Below are positions 31,576 to 43,514 of a stretch of DNA of 64,000 nucleotides, piece after piece. Source of the stretch: an uncultured cyanobacterium (GTDB lineage: Bacteria > Cyanobacteriota > Cyanobacteriia > Cyanobacteriales > Cyanobacteriaceae); NCBI GenBank assembly GCA_963749915.1, contig CAVVOP010000027.1, forward strand, positions 1 to 64,000, in the 5' to 3' direction. Both the position numbers and the translations under genes were made by a program. How positions within the stretch are numbered: position 1 is the stretch's first letter; the number at the start of each line of letters is the position of its first letter. The notes beneath the pieces are model-generated. The model worked only from the letters and a program-made list of their open reading frames with translations, was not told the origin of the DNA and ran no database searches.

Positions 31576-32514
31576 TTAAATCATTGCTAGATGAATAATA
31601 GCATCTCCCTGATTAACAAGGGGATTTTGAATGTGACCAATTACAATACCCCGAAAATTAGCTTTAATAGTAATAGTTTTACTGCCTAAAGCATCAGTAA
31701 TAATACCAATTAGTTGTTTTTTTTCAACCATCGCACCCAAATTAGTATGAAGAATAAAAATACCACCATGAGAAGCTCTTAACCACTTAGATTGATTAAC
31801 TCGAAGACATTGATTATGATTATGATCAGTATTCATTAACTGAATCATTTCCAAAACATTCATTACCCTTAAAATACCTCTTATCCCTATCTCAATGGTG
31901 CATTTATCAAATCGTAACGCTTCTCCTCCTTCATAGAGTAAAATGGGGATTCCATTAGAACTAGCCGCCTGTCGTAATGAACCATCGCGGGTGTTAGCAT
32001 GAATCATAATGGGACAGTTAAAGGCTTGAGCACAACGAAAAGTTTCTTCATCTTCTAAATTAGCCCTGATTTGAGGTAAATTAACACGATGAATAGAGGC
32101 ACTATGTAAGTCAATGCCATGAGTGCATTTAGCAACAATTTCTCGCATAAATAAATGAGCTAAACGAGAGGCGAGAGAACCATTTTCGGAACCCGGGAAA
32201 CAGCGATTCAAGTCTCGGCGATCAGGCAGATAGCGAGATTGTTCCATAAACCCAAAAACATTCACAATAGGTACAGCAATTAATGTGCCTTTTAAACGGC
32301 CAGGAACTATCTGATTAACTACTTGGCGAATAATTTCCACTCCGTTGATTTCGTCCCCATGAATAGCCCCACTAATCCACAATTTAGCCCCATCTTCTAT
32401 ACCATTAATCACTGTTACAGGTAAACAAATAAGGTTTTGAGTCGGCAATCTACTGATGGGAATTTGAATTACCTTAATTTCTCCTCTCTTAACTTCTTCC
32501 CCCGCTATTTTCAT
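31576..32514 (-). CDS. Succinylglutamate desuccinylase/aspartoacylase (M14-like) family protein
   Basis: HGDEING, DLNRCFPG, IDLHS and YEGGE. Confidence 0.92.
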   Translation of the reverse strand: MKIAGEEVKRGEIKVIQIPISRLPTQNLICLPVTVINGIEDGAKLWISGAIHGDEINGVEIIRQVVNQIVPGRLKGTLIAVPIVNVFGFMEQSRYLPDRRDLNRCFPGSENGSLASRLAHLFMREIVAKCTHGIDLHSASIHRVNLPQIRANLEDEETFRCAQAFNCPIMIHANTRDGSLRQAASSNGIPILLYEGGEALRFDKCTIEIGIRGILRVMNVLEMIQLMNTDHNHNQCLRVNQSKWLRASHGGIFILHTNLGAMVEKKQLIGIITDALGSKTITIKANFRGIVIGHIQNPLVNQGDAIIHLAMI

Positions 32515-32574
32515 TGGTTTTGGCTTTTAATTTCAATTTATGATTAAGTTCTCTATCCATTGATCCATTGACCG

Positions 32575-33483
32575 TTAAAATTGAATGCGGTCACGATTAC
32601 TATTACCCATTTCCAGATTCTTTTCGATAAAATCAATAATCTTCTCCGCTACATCTACTTGGCTGGCCTTTTCGATGCCTTCCAACCCCGGAGAAGAATT
32701 AACCTCCATGACCACAGGGCCATGATTCGAGCGTAATAAATCCACCCCTGCAACCCGCAACCCCATTGCCTTAGCCGAGCGAATGGCGGTACTCCTTTCC
32801 TCTGGAGTTAACTTAATTTTCTCAGCCTTGCCTCCCCGATGAAGATTTGAGCGAAAATCCCCTTCAGGGCCTTGTCTTTTCATAGCTGCTACAACCTTAT
32901 TTCCTACTACGAAGCAGCGAATATCTGCACCTCCAGCCTCCTTAATAAACTCTTGTACTAAAATATTAGCGTTTAAACCCCGAAATGCTTGGATTACCGA
33001 CTTAGCCGCTTGACTAGTTTCTGTCAAGACTACACCTATACCCTGAGTGCCTTCTAATAATTTAATGACTAAAGGTGCACCTCCAACGGTTTCAATTAAA
33101 CCGTCAATATCTTCTGTATTATGAGCGAAACCAGTTACAGGTAAACCAATACCCTCTCTAGCTAAAATTTGTACACAGCGTAATTTATCACGAGATCTGG
33201 AAATAGCTTGAGATTCGTTAGCACTAAATACCCCCATTACCTCAAATTGTCTAACTACCGCTAAACCGTAAAAAGTTTTCGATGCGCCGATGCGAGGAAT
33301 AATGGCGTCAAAATTTTCTAAAGTTTTCCCTCCATATACCACCGTTGGCTTGTGGGAAGTAATATTCATGTAGCATCGAAGGTAGTTAACCACCTTCATC
33401 TCATGCCCTCGTTTTTCTCCTGCTTCTTTCAATCTTTTCGTCGAATAAAGGCTACCATCTTGAGACAAAATAGCTATTTTCAT
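32575..33483 (-). CDS. rimK: Ribosomal protein S6-L-glutamate ligase
   Basis: [24 protein letters not shown] and [10 protein letters not shown]. Confidence 0.95.
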   Translation of the reverse strand: MKIAILSQDGSLYSTKRLKEAGEKRGHEMKVVNYLRCYMNITSHKPTVVYGGKTLENFDAIIPRIGASKTFYGLAVVRQFEVMGVFSANESQAISRSRDKLRCVQILAREGIGLPVTGFAHNTEDIDGLIETVGGAPLVIKLLEGTQGIGVVLTETSQAAKSVIQAFRGLNANILVQEFIKEAGGADIRCFVVGNKVVAAMKRQGPEGDFRSNLHRGGKAEKIKLTPEERSTAIRSAKAMGLRVAGVDLLRSNHGPVVMEVNSSPGLEGIEKASQVDVAEKIIDFIEKNLEMGNSNRDRIQF

Positions 33484-33821
33484 GGAATATTCTCAATATT
33501 ATCTGCTTTTAAATCTATCATCACATTGTACAACTGCGGTTAATCTTTTCCTTAACAAAGCGAATATAAAGATGTTTAAAAGTAGATTTTAAGACCCTAG
33601 GCAAACCAAAATCTATGATGGTTTTCCACCCACCTCCATCACCATCTGTGCCACACAATAAACAATTTCTTTACGAGTAGTACATTCTTTTGTCGGGTGA
33701 AAAGCGTTTAAAAGATTCGGTTTGAGCAACACTCCATACATAAATGTTAGCCTTAACCGGGCAATATTGCTATAGCATTCATAAGATTTTGGACAATCAG
33801 TTAATTTTTGTTGCGTTTATC

Positions 33822-34268
33822 CTAACCTATTGCTCGTTCGTTTAACTTCCCACTCATGATAACTACTCTGCTAAAGTAACGAAAGGCAAAAACATATTCT
33901 CCTTTATCTCCTGGGGGATCTACAGTATTATATTTAGCATTGAGATAATGTCCATATTCTTCTAGGAAAACCTTGACAATTCTTGATATATCGCCACTGT
34001 TAACTAATTCTTCGGAAAGATAAAGGGTATTGGTACTTTGAGTAAAAGCACCATTCGCACCATTGATTTTGTTCGAGGGAGTGATTTTTAGTTGGGGTAA
34101 ATCAGAAAATCTCCCTTGTAACCAGGAAGATAATAAATTATCTACAGGGAGACTCGAACCGAAAATGTGTTCTAGTTGATCTTGACAATCGTTATCTCTA
34201 GCAAAGTTTTGTAGTTGTCCTAAAGCATTGTTTAAGATGAAATTCCAACTATAAAAATTTTGATTCAT
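33822..34268 (-). pseudogene. N-terminal fragment of a large cyanobacterial secreted (RTX/Calx-beta type) protein
   Basis: INGANGAF...LYLS...LEEYGH...DPPGDKGE resembles the usual N-terminal module of such proteins (recalled similarity); the ORF ends shortly afterwards. Confidence 0.6.
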
Positions 34269-34397
34269 AATAATTTGATTTATTTTTACTTTTTTCTCTA
34301 TCCTCACACAAAAATTAGTAATATATATCCGTATTACTACTGAATAATTACCACGAGAATTATTAGTCCCACTTACGGTTTGAGGAATGTGCAATAA

Positions 34398-34421
34398 ATC
34401 ATCCAGCAATGATGCAACGTC
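34398..34421 (+). mobile_element. Solo IS1-type terminal repeat
   Basis: atcatccagcaatgatgcaacgtc is 22/24 identical to the IS1 end at 3129-3152. Confidence 0.75.
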
Positions 34422-34449
34422 CAAATTGGGGTTAATTTTTAACTATTTA

Positions 34450-35484
34450 TTATTTATCAATGGCAGTACCACGCAATTGTCCACAGGCCGCGTCTGCTTC
34501 CAAACCGCGAGAAGAACGCACACTAACAGCGATATTTTCTTGTTTTAATCGGTTTAAAAATTCGTTAATTCTTTCTTTTGATGGGCGTTTATAATCAACT
34601 TCGGAAATGGGGTTATAGGGAATGAGATTAACATGGGTTTGAAATCCCCGTAAATGCTGAGCCAATTCTTGGGCGTGTTGGGGTAAATCGTTAACACCTG
34701 CTAGTAAAATATATTCAAATGTCACTCTTCTTCCCGTTATTTTGACATATTCTCGACAATCCGCTAATAGTTGTTGTAAGGAATAATGATTGGCACTGGG
34801 GATGAGTTTTTCTCGAATGGTCTGATTAGATGCATGAAGACTAACCGCAAAGGTTATTTGTTGTCGATGTTGGGCTAGTTCTCGGATTTTTTGCGGCAAC
34901 CCCACCGTAGATATTGTAAGGGATCGTTGACCAATACCAATATCTTCATTGATGGATTTTATGGCGGGGATAACTTCAGGTAAATTCAATAAAGGCTCAC
35001 CCATACCCATAAATACCGCATTGGAGACTCTTTCGCCAAAATCCTTTTGCACTGTCAAAATTTGGTCTATGATTTCGTGGGCTTTAAGATTGCGGGTAAA
35101 GCCACTTTTTCCAGTAGCACAGAAGCTACAATCCATAATGCAACCTACTTGAGAAGATAAGCACACCGTTAATCTTTTACTGGTGGGAATACCAACGGCT
35201 TCGATTATTAAACCATCTGCCAATTTTAACAAGTATTTCCGAGTTTGATCGGGGGCAATACTACAGTGATGAATCTGCGATCGCCCAATAACTGTGTTCT
35301 CCTGACTTTCTCGCCATTTTTGAGGAAAAACAGTAATATCCTTTAAAGAAGTCACTCCCTTTTTGTATAACCACTGATGGAGTTGTTTTCCTCTATAAGC
35401 TGGTTGCCCTTGTTTTGTAACCCATTCGGTTAATTCAGGTAACGATTTTCCTAATAATATTTCTTGTGTTTGCATATTCCCCAT
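34450..35484 (-). CDS. rlmN: 23S rRNA m2A2503 radical SAM methyltransferase
   Basis: [28 protein letters not shown] and AACGQL. Confidence 0.96.
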   Translation of the reverse strand: MGNMQTQEILLGKSLPELTEWVTKQGQPAYRGKQLHQWLYKKGVTSLKDITVFPQKWRESQENTVIGRSQIHHCSIAPDQTRKYLLKLADGLIIEAVGIPTSKRLTVCLSSQVGCIMDCSFCATGKSGFTRNLKAHEIIDQILTVQKDFGERVSNAVFMGMGEPLLNLPEVIPAIKSINEDIGIGQRSLTISTVGLPQKIRELAQHRQQITFAVSLHASNQTIREKLIPSANHYSLQQLLADCREYVKITGRRVTFEYILLAGVNDLPQHAQELAQHLRGFQTHVNLIPYNPISEVDYKRPSKERINEFLNRLKQENIAVSVRSSRGLEADAACGQLRGTAIDK

Positions 35485-35635
35485 TCCCCATTCCCCATGA
35501 GCTTTTTTTATTAAAAACTTATCATAACCAAACTAGAAAAGCCCAGTTTTTTTATCTAATTTTGAAATCAGCGAAGTGATTATCAATCATCAATTAATTA
35601 TCGATAATCAATATATAATTATTTTGACTCGGTAA

Positions 35636-35798
35636 TATAGCAATCAGGAATCATTCGTGAGAATCAAATAATTGTTTTAAAAGGATTCAGAATCCAGAAT
35701 CCAGTATTCAGTAGAATAATTCTGACTCCCGACTCCTGACTCCTGACTCCTGACTCCTAGTCTCACCAAAATCTCACAAATCAAAACTGATTGCTATA
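35636..35798. mobile_element. IS630-type MITE containing heptamer repeats
   Basis: 27-bp imperfect inverted repeats (22/27) starting tatagcaatcag; internal gactcc(t/c) x5 at 35724-35758. Confidence 0.7.
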
Positions 35799-35848
35799 AC
35801 TGCCGAAATTGTCATTATCAACATTTAAAGTGGAGGATTAAGTTTATC

Positions 35849-36238
35849 ATGGGATATGCCAATGTTTTTACAAAACTAGATCAAGATATATCAACTCAAA
35901 TTAAGAATTTACAAGCAAAACAACAAGAATTAATCGAAAAGAAAAAAAATTTATCGGCTACAAAACAAAAAATACAGGGTTTTCTTACTGATGCTCAAGA
36001 AATTAAAAAGATTATAGCATCTCAACCAGAATTAATTAAATCTATTGAGATTGAACTAAGTAAAATTTTTACTGCGGATAGCCAATCTCAATTGCCGGTT
36101 AAAAAAGGAACAAATTTGCCAACTAATCTTGAGTATTCTTCTTCAGAAAGTCAAGATGGTAAAGTTTCTGATAACCCTAATGATTTGGAATTAGAGGAAG
36201 AAGAATCAATTAAAATTTTTAAATTTATTGATACCTAA
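35849..36238 (+). CDS. Hypothetical coiled-coil protein
   Basis: 129-aa ORF with a GGAGG Shine-Dalgarno upstream; K/Q/E-rich N-terminal half. Confidence 0.7.
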   Translation: MGYANVFTKLDQDISTQIKNLQAKQQELIEKKKNLSATKQKIQGFLTDAQEIKKIIASQPELIKSIEIELSKIFTADSQSQLPVKKGTNLPTNLEYSSSESQDGKVSDNPNDLELEEEESIKIFKFIDT

Positions 36239-36505
36239 GGGAAAAATACTTCTTCCTGAGATTGGCTATTTTTTTAGGTCCAATTTCTACATATAATGAG
36301 CTTTATTTGCGGTTAATTGTGAAGAATAACTATCCATCGTCAAAGATCCTGACCACGATTCAAGTCAATTAACTAAACATAAGGCTTTTAGTCATTCCCT
36401 GTTTTAAAATTCCCCATTCAGCTTACTGTTGAGTTTTGCTAACTTAGATTGCAACATAACCTTTTTATTTGCTCATAATAATTTTTTTTCAAAGCAGGTA
36501 GAATT

Positions 36506-37519
36506 TTAAGTTTTACTGAGTTTAAAAATGTAAGGAATGTTAAACCTATTAAGAATATTCACTAACAAAATGGGTAAATAAATACCGGCCACAAGACCTA
36601 AAAATAAATGAAGATAAAAATTATGAATCCCTAATAAATTCTGAAGAGTAATTCTCATAAAAGCAGAGAAAATAGTATGAGACAAGAAAATTTCTAGGCT
36701 AAATACTCCCCATTTTTTTATTTCATTAAACCTATTGACTTTTTCTAAAAAAATTGATAGAAAAACAGTTGAAATACTGCCAATAAAAGCAAAGGTTATA
36801 TTCTTAAATATGTTATACTCTGAATAAAGCTGAATAATACCAAAGGTTAAAATAAGAAAACCAAAACTACTAAATAAAATAGCATTTTTTATAGATAAAT
36901 GATTAATTTTAGATAATAATTCTGATTTATTCGCTATCCATACACCCATAGCAAAATATATACTAAATAACCAACTGCGATATAAAATACTGAGATAATT
37001 AACATCAATATTTAGTAATTTTAAACCATAAATAGTAACTGATAAAATCAAAAAATATAATGGAGTTTTTTCTTTATTTATCTGATACAATAAAGCATAA
37101 GTCATTATTATTATAAATAAACTATATAAAAACCAATATTGCATTATCGGATCATACCAAATTCTAAATAATTGAGTCCACTCCATTTTATGATTTGTAT
37201 ATTTACTAAAAAATATTTGAAGACTACCTTGTAAAATTGACCAAATAAAATAGGGGTAAGCAATGGATTTTAGACGATTTTTTAAAAAATTGGATAACGA
37301 TGATGACCTGACAATACTTCCGTGAATAAATAAACCTGAAAGTATGAAAAAAAGAGGCATATGAAAAGCATAAATCCAATGATCCAAAAGAATAAAAGGG
37401 GAAGAATCAGAGATAATTTTACTATTAATAAAAGATCGTATTAAATGCCCTAAAACAACTAAAAAAATGCCTAACCCTTTTGCATAATCAACCCATAAAA
37501 TGTGATATTTATTAGTCAT
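36506..37519 (-). CDS. Acyltransferase-3 family membrane protein
   Basis: WVDYAKG...VVLGH, FHMPLFFILSG and YWFL; multiple transmembrane segments. Confidence 0.9.
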   Translation of the reverse strand: MTNKYHILWVDYAKGLGIFLVVLGHLIRSFINSKIISDSSPFILLDHWIYAFHMPLFFILSGLFIHGSIVRSSSLSNFLKNRLKSIAYPYFIWSILQGSLQIFFSKYTNHKMEWTQLFRIWYDPIMQYWFLYSLFIIIMTYALLYQINKEKTPLYFLILSVTIYGLKLLNIDVNYLSILYRSWLFSIYFAMGVWIANKSELLSKINHLSIKNAILFSSFGFLILTFGIIQLYSEYNIFKNITFAFIGSISTVFLSIFLEKVNRFNEIKKWGVFSLEIFLSHTIFSAFMRITLQNLLGIHNFYLHLFLGLVAGIYLPILLVNILNRFNIPYIFKLSKT

Positions 37520-38595
37520 GATTTGAGATTTTCATCATAATTTGGTAATAACTCATGTTCAAAAGGTTTGGAATTATCAATTACCCATTTATCTAAAATA
37601 TCCTTAAATAATATTTCTTCAATCCAAGTTTTAAAAACAACAGTGAGAGGAAGTGCTAATAATAACCCTAATAAACCAAAAGAAGTCGCAAAAAATATTT
37701 GAGCAAAAAGGGTTAGGGCCGGTAATAATGATACTTTTTCTGCCATAACTCTAGGAGTCAACCAATAGCTTTCTATATTTTGAACGATAAAGTACCACAT
37801 TATAATAAAAATGATTTTCCAAGGAGAATCTACCACGGCAATCATAATAGGAAAAACAACGCTTAAAGTTGGCCCAATATTAGGAATGAAATTTAATAAT
37901 CCTGCTAAAAGAGCATGAAATAATACTAGTTTTATTTGTAAAACCCATAAGCCAACACCAGTTAAAGCGGCGATAAAAATACAGTTAATGATAATTCCAT
38001 TTAACCAACTAACTATAGCGATTTCACTTTTATTCAGAATATCATCAATACGATAGCGATAAAAAGAGGGGCATATTTTGAGGAAGTAATGGCGATATTG
38101 TTTTGGATTTAAAAGAAAAATAATTGTTAAAACAAAAACTAAAATAAGTTGTAAGATAACGACAAAAATGTTAGAAAAAATAGCAATAAAATTATTGAAA
38201 ATTTCTAAAGCAGAAAAACTATAATCGTTAAGAGTTTTCTTGAGACTATTAAGAGGGAACAAAATTTGGTATTGTTCATAATTAAGACTATTAATAAACT
38301 CAGTTATTTTTTTTACAACCTTAGGAAAAAGATTAATCAGCAACTGAAATTGCTCAATAAAAGGTGGAAGAATTAATACTAATAAAATATTAATAATAAT
38401 TAAAGTCCCGAGAATAATTATTACTATTGATTTATTTCTGTTTAACTTAAATTGCTCTAATTTATTTACTAATCGATTTAAGACAACAGAAAAAATAATA
38501 GCTGTAAAAATCAATAAAATTAGTTTGCGTATTTGCCAAACAATATAAACAGATATCAAAAAAGATAAAAACCCGACAGATTGACCAAAATTCAT
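37516..38595 (-). CDS. AI-2E family transporter
   Basis: NFIPNIGP, QNIESYWLTP and GLLLALP. Confidence 0.9.
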   Translation of the reverse strand: MNFGQSVGFLSFLISVYIVWQIRKLILLIFTAIIFSVVLNRLVNKLEQFKLNRNKSIVIIILGTLIIINILLVLILPPFIEQFQLLINLFPKVVKKITEFINSLNYEQYQILFPLNSLKKTLNDYSFSALEIFNNFIAIFSNIFVVILQLILVFVLTIIFLLNPKQYRHYFLKICPSFYRYRIDDILNKSEIAIVSWLNGIIINCIFIAALTGVGLWVLQIKLVLFHALLAGLLNFIPNIGPTLSVVFPIMIAVVDSPWKIIFIIMWYFIVQNIESYWLTPRVMAEKVSLLPALTLFAQIFFATSFGLLGLLLALPLTVVFKTWIEEILFKDILDKWVIDNSKPFEHELLPNYDENLKS

Positions 38596-38865
38596 ATTTA
38601 CGAAAGAACTAAATATATGTTATTTTTATAGAAAATTTGGGTATATAAAAGATGTAAAAACTCACAATTTTGAGACTGTTAATGTAAAATTAGCTCACTG
38701 TTGCTTGATTAACCTTTATTTTCCCTTTTCTTTGGCCAAATGCGGAAATCTGACTGGTAAATTTTAACTTATATTTGAGAAGGGTGTAAGATCTCAGATA
38801 AATAGGTATTAAGTTGACTATTCTAAAAGTACTAAACACCTAACGATGGATTATGGACTACTAAT

Positions 38866-39063
38866 ATGAATCAAAATAAAAATAACTTTAACAGTTTTAT
38901 CTCTCAAATAGCTTTAAGTCTGCTTACCCCGACGGTGATTGTTACCAAAATTGTGGAGTATGAACTAATACAAATATTAGAAGATATGGGTAAAGCCAGT
39001 GAAGAGATTTTTCGGGGTGAAAGATTGCCGATTTTAACAAATCATCACTCTGATATAATCTAA
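38866..39063 (+). CDS. Small conserved cyanobacterial hypothetical protein
   Basis: Motif GKASEEIFRGERLP. Confidence 0.7.
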   Translation: MNQNKNNFNSFISQIALSLLTPTVIVTKIVEYELIQILEDMGKASEEIFRGERLPILTNHHSDII

Positions 39064-39620
39064 AAAATTGGGCGTTACTCAATTAAAGTATGATTTGGGT
39101 GGTGGTAAGGAAGAAAGAACATCGAGAATGTTCACTTTAAGATTCAATAAGATAATTAATTAATTGTCAATTATCCAATATTCCCTTAAGAAAATGTATC
39201 GTAGAAAACCATATCCTATGGATCTTTGCCGCTAAGATTCTAAGATTGTAATTGTTTAACTTAGAATTAATTAGTGAGAAATCAGAATCGGCCACGCCGA
39301 AAATTGATGAAACTAAGTTAATGTGGGGAGAAAAACTTTTACTATTACTATAATTAATTGTCATTAAGTATGAGTTTTTAGGCAACATAAATCGTATATT
39401 AACCATGGGATCAATGTCCTTTATCTCAAGTTCGGATTATTACTTATAAATCTGAAATAATAGACCTCTTGCAAAAGTCAAAAAATCTGGTCGTCAGAGA
39501 AGTCAGGAGTCAGAAAGGCTTTTCCAATCCAAAATCCAAAATGCAAAAGGACTCAAGACTACACCTTATTTTGTGAATTTTCTTTTGTTTAAATTAAGAT
39601 TAACACCCGTTCATTAAGAT

Positions 39621-42600
39621 ATGAAAATAAAAAATATGATTACTTCAGCCACTGCTAACTATACAGAAGAATTAAGTATTTATTCCAGTTCTGAATTGTT
39701 ATTGCGTCATCGACTCAAATTAGTTGAAAATTTATGGGAATCAGTCTTAAAAAATGAATGTGGACAGGAATTAGTCGATTTATTAGAGAAACTGAAGTCT
39801 GCTTGTTCTCCTGAAGGTCAAACATCGGAAGTACAAGAAATTTCTGTAAGTAAATGGATTGAACAATTAGAATTAGATGATGCTATTAAGGCCGTACGTG
39901 CTTTTGCATTATATTTTCAGTTAATCAATATTGTTGAACAACATTACGAACAGAGAACCCAAAAGTTGATTCGCCGGACGACAACGGAAGACCAAGTTAA
40001 TGCCATTCAAAAACCTGAGTCTGATAATCATCAAACAACGATATTAGATACGAAAGAAGAACCACAAAGTTATTTTAAGCCTAAAAGTAATCCGGCTAGT
40101 GGTGGTACTTTTCATTGGCTTTTCCCTTATTTACAGAAGTTGAACATGCCACCGCCGAAAATTCAACAATTACTAGATCAATTAGATATTAACTTAGTTT
40201 TTACCGCCCACCCTACGGAAATTGTCCGTCATACTATCCGCAAAAAACAACGGCGTATATCTCATTTTCTCGAAAAATTGGACGCCGCAGAGGAGTCTTT
40301 CCGCGCAATGGGTTTAACGAATTCTTGGGAGGCGGAAAACTATCGGGAATGTTTGATGGAAGAGGTGCGTTTATGGTGGCGTACTGATGAACTGCACCAA
40401 TTCAAACCAACGGTTTTAGACGAGGTTGATTACGCTTTACACTACTTCCAAGAGGTATTATTTCATACTTTACCTGACCTATCCATTCGCTTAAAACAGG
40501 CTTTACACAATACTTTTCCTAAATTAAAATCCCCAACCCACAAATTCTGTTATTTTGGATCATGGGTGGGGGGTGATCGAGACGGGAATCCCTTTGTTAC
40601 TCCGGAAGTAACATGGTCAACGGCTTGTTATCAGCGTAACCTTGTTATTGATAAATATTTAGAATCTATGGGGCAACTCAATGATATTCTCAGTTTATCT
40701 CTACACTGGTGTAACGTTTTACCGGAATTGTTAGATTCTTTAGAACGCGATCGCATAGGGATGCCCGAATTGTATGATAAATTGTATGTTCGTTACCGTC
40801 AAGAACCTTATCGCTTAAAATTGGCTTATATTGAGCAAAGATTGAAAAATACCCAGGCAAGAAATGAAGCCTTATCCAATCCCGAAACGAGAAAATCGAT
40901 CAAATTAGCTGATAAAGAAGATAACCTTTACCCTTCCAATTTTGACTTATTGGAAGATCTCAATTTAATTAAATTTAACCTTGAAAATACGGGGTTAAAG
41001 TGCAAAGAATTAGATCATTTAATTTCTCAGGTAGAAATCTTCGGTTTTCATCTCACTCCCTTAGATTTTCGTCAAGATTCTTCTCGTCATTCCGATGCAC
41101 TTAAGGAAATTGCCGAGTATTTAGGAGTGTTAGATAAACCCTATAACGAATTGTCGGAGACAGAAAAAACCGCATGGTTAGTACAAGAATTGAAAACCCG
41201 TCGCCCATTAATTCCTAGGGAAATTTCTTTTTCTGACACTACGGCGGAAACGATCGAAACTTTCAGGATTTTACGAGCGTTACAAATAGAGTTTGGTTTA
41301 GATATCTGTCACACCTACATCATCAGCATGACAAACTATGTAAGCGATGTATTAGAAGTCTTATTGCTAGCTAAAGAAGCTGGATTATACGATCCCATTT
41401 TAGGAGTTACCAGTATTGGTATCGTACCATTATTTGAAACAGTAGAAGACTTAAAACGGGCGCCGATGGTGATGTCAGAATTATTTGAGTTACCCTTATA
41501 TCGGGCTTGTTTAACCGGGGGATATGAGAATGTAGCCAAATCTGTTTCTAATTTAGTATTACCGGACTTAAACCCCAAAAACTTACAAGAAATCATGTTG
41601 GGTTATTCTGATAGTAATAAGGATTCAGGATTTTTAAGTAGTAACTGGGAAATTCATAAAGCACAAAAAACCCTTGCCAGAATCGGCGATAAATACGGTT
41701 TGAATATTAAAATATTTCACGGACGTGGTGGTTCAGTGGGTAGAGGAGGAGGACCAGCTTATGCAGCTATTTTAGCACAACCGACCTCCACCATCGACGG
41801 CAGAATCAAAATTACCGAACAAGGGGAAGTGTTAGCCTCTAAATATTCCTTACCCGAATTGGCATTATATAACCTCGAAACTATTAGTACTGCTGTTATT
41901 CAAGCTAGTTTACTCGGTAGCGGTTTTGATGATATTGAGCCTTGGAATGGGATCATGGAAGAAATTGCGGCATCTTCTCGTAAAGCCTATCGTCAGTTAA
42001 TCTATGAACAACCCGACTTTATTGATTTCTTCTTATCAGTAACTCCTATTGAAGAAATTAGCAAATTACAAATAAGCTCTCGTCCTGCCCGTCGTAGTAA
42101 TGGCAAAAAAGATATTTCCTCTCTGCGGGCCATTCCCTGGGTATTTAGTTGGACTCAAAGCCGTTTCTTACTTCCTGCATGGTATGGTGTTGGTACGGCG
42201 TTACAGGAGTTTTTAAACCAAGAACCGGTCGAAAACTTGAAGCTATTGCGCTATTTTTATTTAAAATGGCCTTTCTTTAAAATGGTTATTTCTAAGGCGG
42301 AAATGACTCTTTCGAAGGTGGATTTACAGATGGCTAGTCATTATGTGGATGAATTGGCAAAAGATGAAGATAAAGAGCGTTTTCAGACAGTATTTAACCA
42401 AATTGCGAAGGAATATTACTTAAGCCGTGATATTGTCTTGCAAATTAATGAGCAAAATCGATTATTAGACAACGATCCTGAACTACAGAGATCCATACAA
42501 TTGCGCAACGGTACGATAGTACCTCTAGGATTTTTGCAAGTATCCTTACTTAAACGTTTAAGACAATATGCCAGCCAGGATAAAGCTGGTTTAATCCACT

Positions 42601-42683
42601 TCCGCTATAGTAAGGATGAATTATTACGAGGTGCATTGTTAACCATCAACGGTATCGCTGCCGGTATGCGTAACACTGGTTGA
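39621..42683 (+). CDS. ppc: Phosphoenolpyruvate carboxylase
   Basis: [45 protein letters not shown] and C-terminal RNTG. Confidence 0.98.
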   Translation: MKIKNMITSATANYTEELSIYSSSELLLRHRLKLVENLWESVLKNECGQELVDLLEKLKSACSPEGQTSEVQEISVSKWIEQLELDDAIKAVRAFALYFQLINIVEQHYEQRTQKLIRRTTTEDQVNAIQKPESDNHQTTILDTKEEPQSYFKPKSNPASGGTFHWLFPYLQKLNMPPPKIQQLLDQLDINLVFTAHPTEIVRHTIRKKQRRISHFLEKLDAAEESFRAMGLTNSWEAENYRECLMEEVRLWWRTDELHQFKPTVLDEVDYALHYFQEVLFHTLPDLSIRLKQALHNTFPKLKSPTHKFCYFGSWVGGDRDGNPFVTPEVTWSTACYQRNLVIDKYLESMGQLNDILSLSLHWCNVLPELLDSLERDRIGMPELYDKLYVRYRQEPYRLKLAYIEQRLKNTQARNEALSNPETRKSIKLADKEDNLYPSNFDLLEDLNLIKFNLENTGLKCKELDHLISQVEIFGFHLTPLDFRQDSSRHSDALKEIAEYLGVLDKPYNELSETEKTAWLVQELKTRRPLIPREISFSDTTAETIETFRILRALQIEFGLDICHTYIISMTNYVSDVLEVLLLAKEAGLYDPILGVTSIGIVPLFETVEDLKRAPMVMSELFELPLYRACLTGGYENVAKSVSNLVLPDLNPKNLQEIMLGYSDSNKDSGFLSSNWEIHKAQKTLARIGDKYGLNIKIFHGRGGSVGRGGGPAYAAILAQPTSTIDGRIKITEQGEVLASKYSLPELALYNLETISTAVIQASLLGSGFDDIEPWNGIMEEIAASSRKAYRQLIYEQPDFIDFFLSVTPIEEISKLQISSRPARRSNGKKDISSLRAIPWVFSWTQSRFLLPAWYGVGTALQEFLNQEPVENLKLLRYFYLKWPFFKMVISKAEMTLSKVDLQMASHYVDELAKDEDKERFQTVFNQIAKEYYLSRDIVLQINEQNRLLDNDPELQRSIQLRNGTIVPLGFLQVSLLKRLRQYASQDKAGLIHFRYSKDELLRGALLTINGIAAGMRNTG

Positions 42684-42694
42684 TGATTTTTCCC

Positions 42695-42731
42695 CTCACC
42701 CTAATTCCTTACAAGGAAGGGTGGGTTTTTT
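42695..42731 (+). terminator. Probable intrinsic terminator of ppc
   Basis: Stem ctcaccct...agggtggg followed by a T-run. Confidence 0.55.
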
Positions 42732-43012
42732 ATAATTAGGTGTTGACAAGACAAGGAGGACAAGAACGAAAAGGGAAAAGTCCCAAAGAATTAATGACGG
42801 CTGAAAAACATCCTCATTGGCTGGAAATGCTTGGCTTTGAAAGATTTCGACGAGCCTGACCATTTAACTTCGAAAACAATACTGCCGTCCTTCAAGCTAA
42901 GTTTTCACTTGGCTCAAATTGACCTGCTTGTGTTACCCAAAATTCCCCCTTTTTGAACATCGCCGAATAAGTGGAGCGATCGAGAAATTGCTAGAAAAAC
43001 ATTATCAAATAA

Positions 43013-43385
43013 CGGAAACAAGAAGGATTAGTCGCAGCCACCGTAGCCGAATCTATTGGTGCAATTAAGCTGATTCAGGCTCTTTCTTTAGAATCTGCTT
43101 TTGCTCAGATATTTTCCCAACAAAACCACGCCAGTTTATCTAAAACCCTGGAAACAAAACGTTTATCGGCAACTTTAGAACGCACCGTTGATGGAGTGAT
43201 TGCTCTGTCTGGGTATGGCGATCGTCTTGTGGTATGGTTCTAGGTTAGTGTTGCGAGATGCCTTAACCCCAGGGGATGTGATTGTTTTCCTCACCTATCT
43301 TAAAAACGCCTTTAAACCCGTACAAAACTTTGCCAAATATACGGGTAGATTAGCTAAGGCTACTGCTTCGGGCGAGCGTATTTTA
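43013..43385 (+). pseudogene. ABC transporter transmembrane-domain fragment, frameshifted
   Basis: RKQEGLVAATVAESIGAIKLIQALSLE..., then after a frameshift VLWYGSRLVL...LTPGD...AKATASGERI. Cut off at the 48-nt repeat. Confidence 0.75.
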
Positions 43386-43390
43386 AACAA

Positions 43391-43438
43391 GACTTGGCCA
43401 GTTATCGAAATTTAGATATTAAGTTTTATGGGCGATCG
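43391..43438 (+). repeat. 48-nt dispersed repeat, copy 2
   Basis: 47/48 identical to 15832-15879. Confidence 0.9.
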
Positions 43439-43514
43439 GTTATTAATGCGGTAGCCCCACCGAAGGTGATCGAATTTTGGAATAGGATTGGATTTGATCC
43501 CACTTTGTGCTACT

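Noticed and set aside
39167..39406. 79-aa ORF upstream of ppc
   Set aside because: No motif; AT-rich intergenic region with repeat-end debris.
42790..43010. Possible gene fragment (KWSDREIARK)
   Set aside because: Too short and interrupted by stops to assign.
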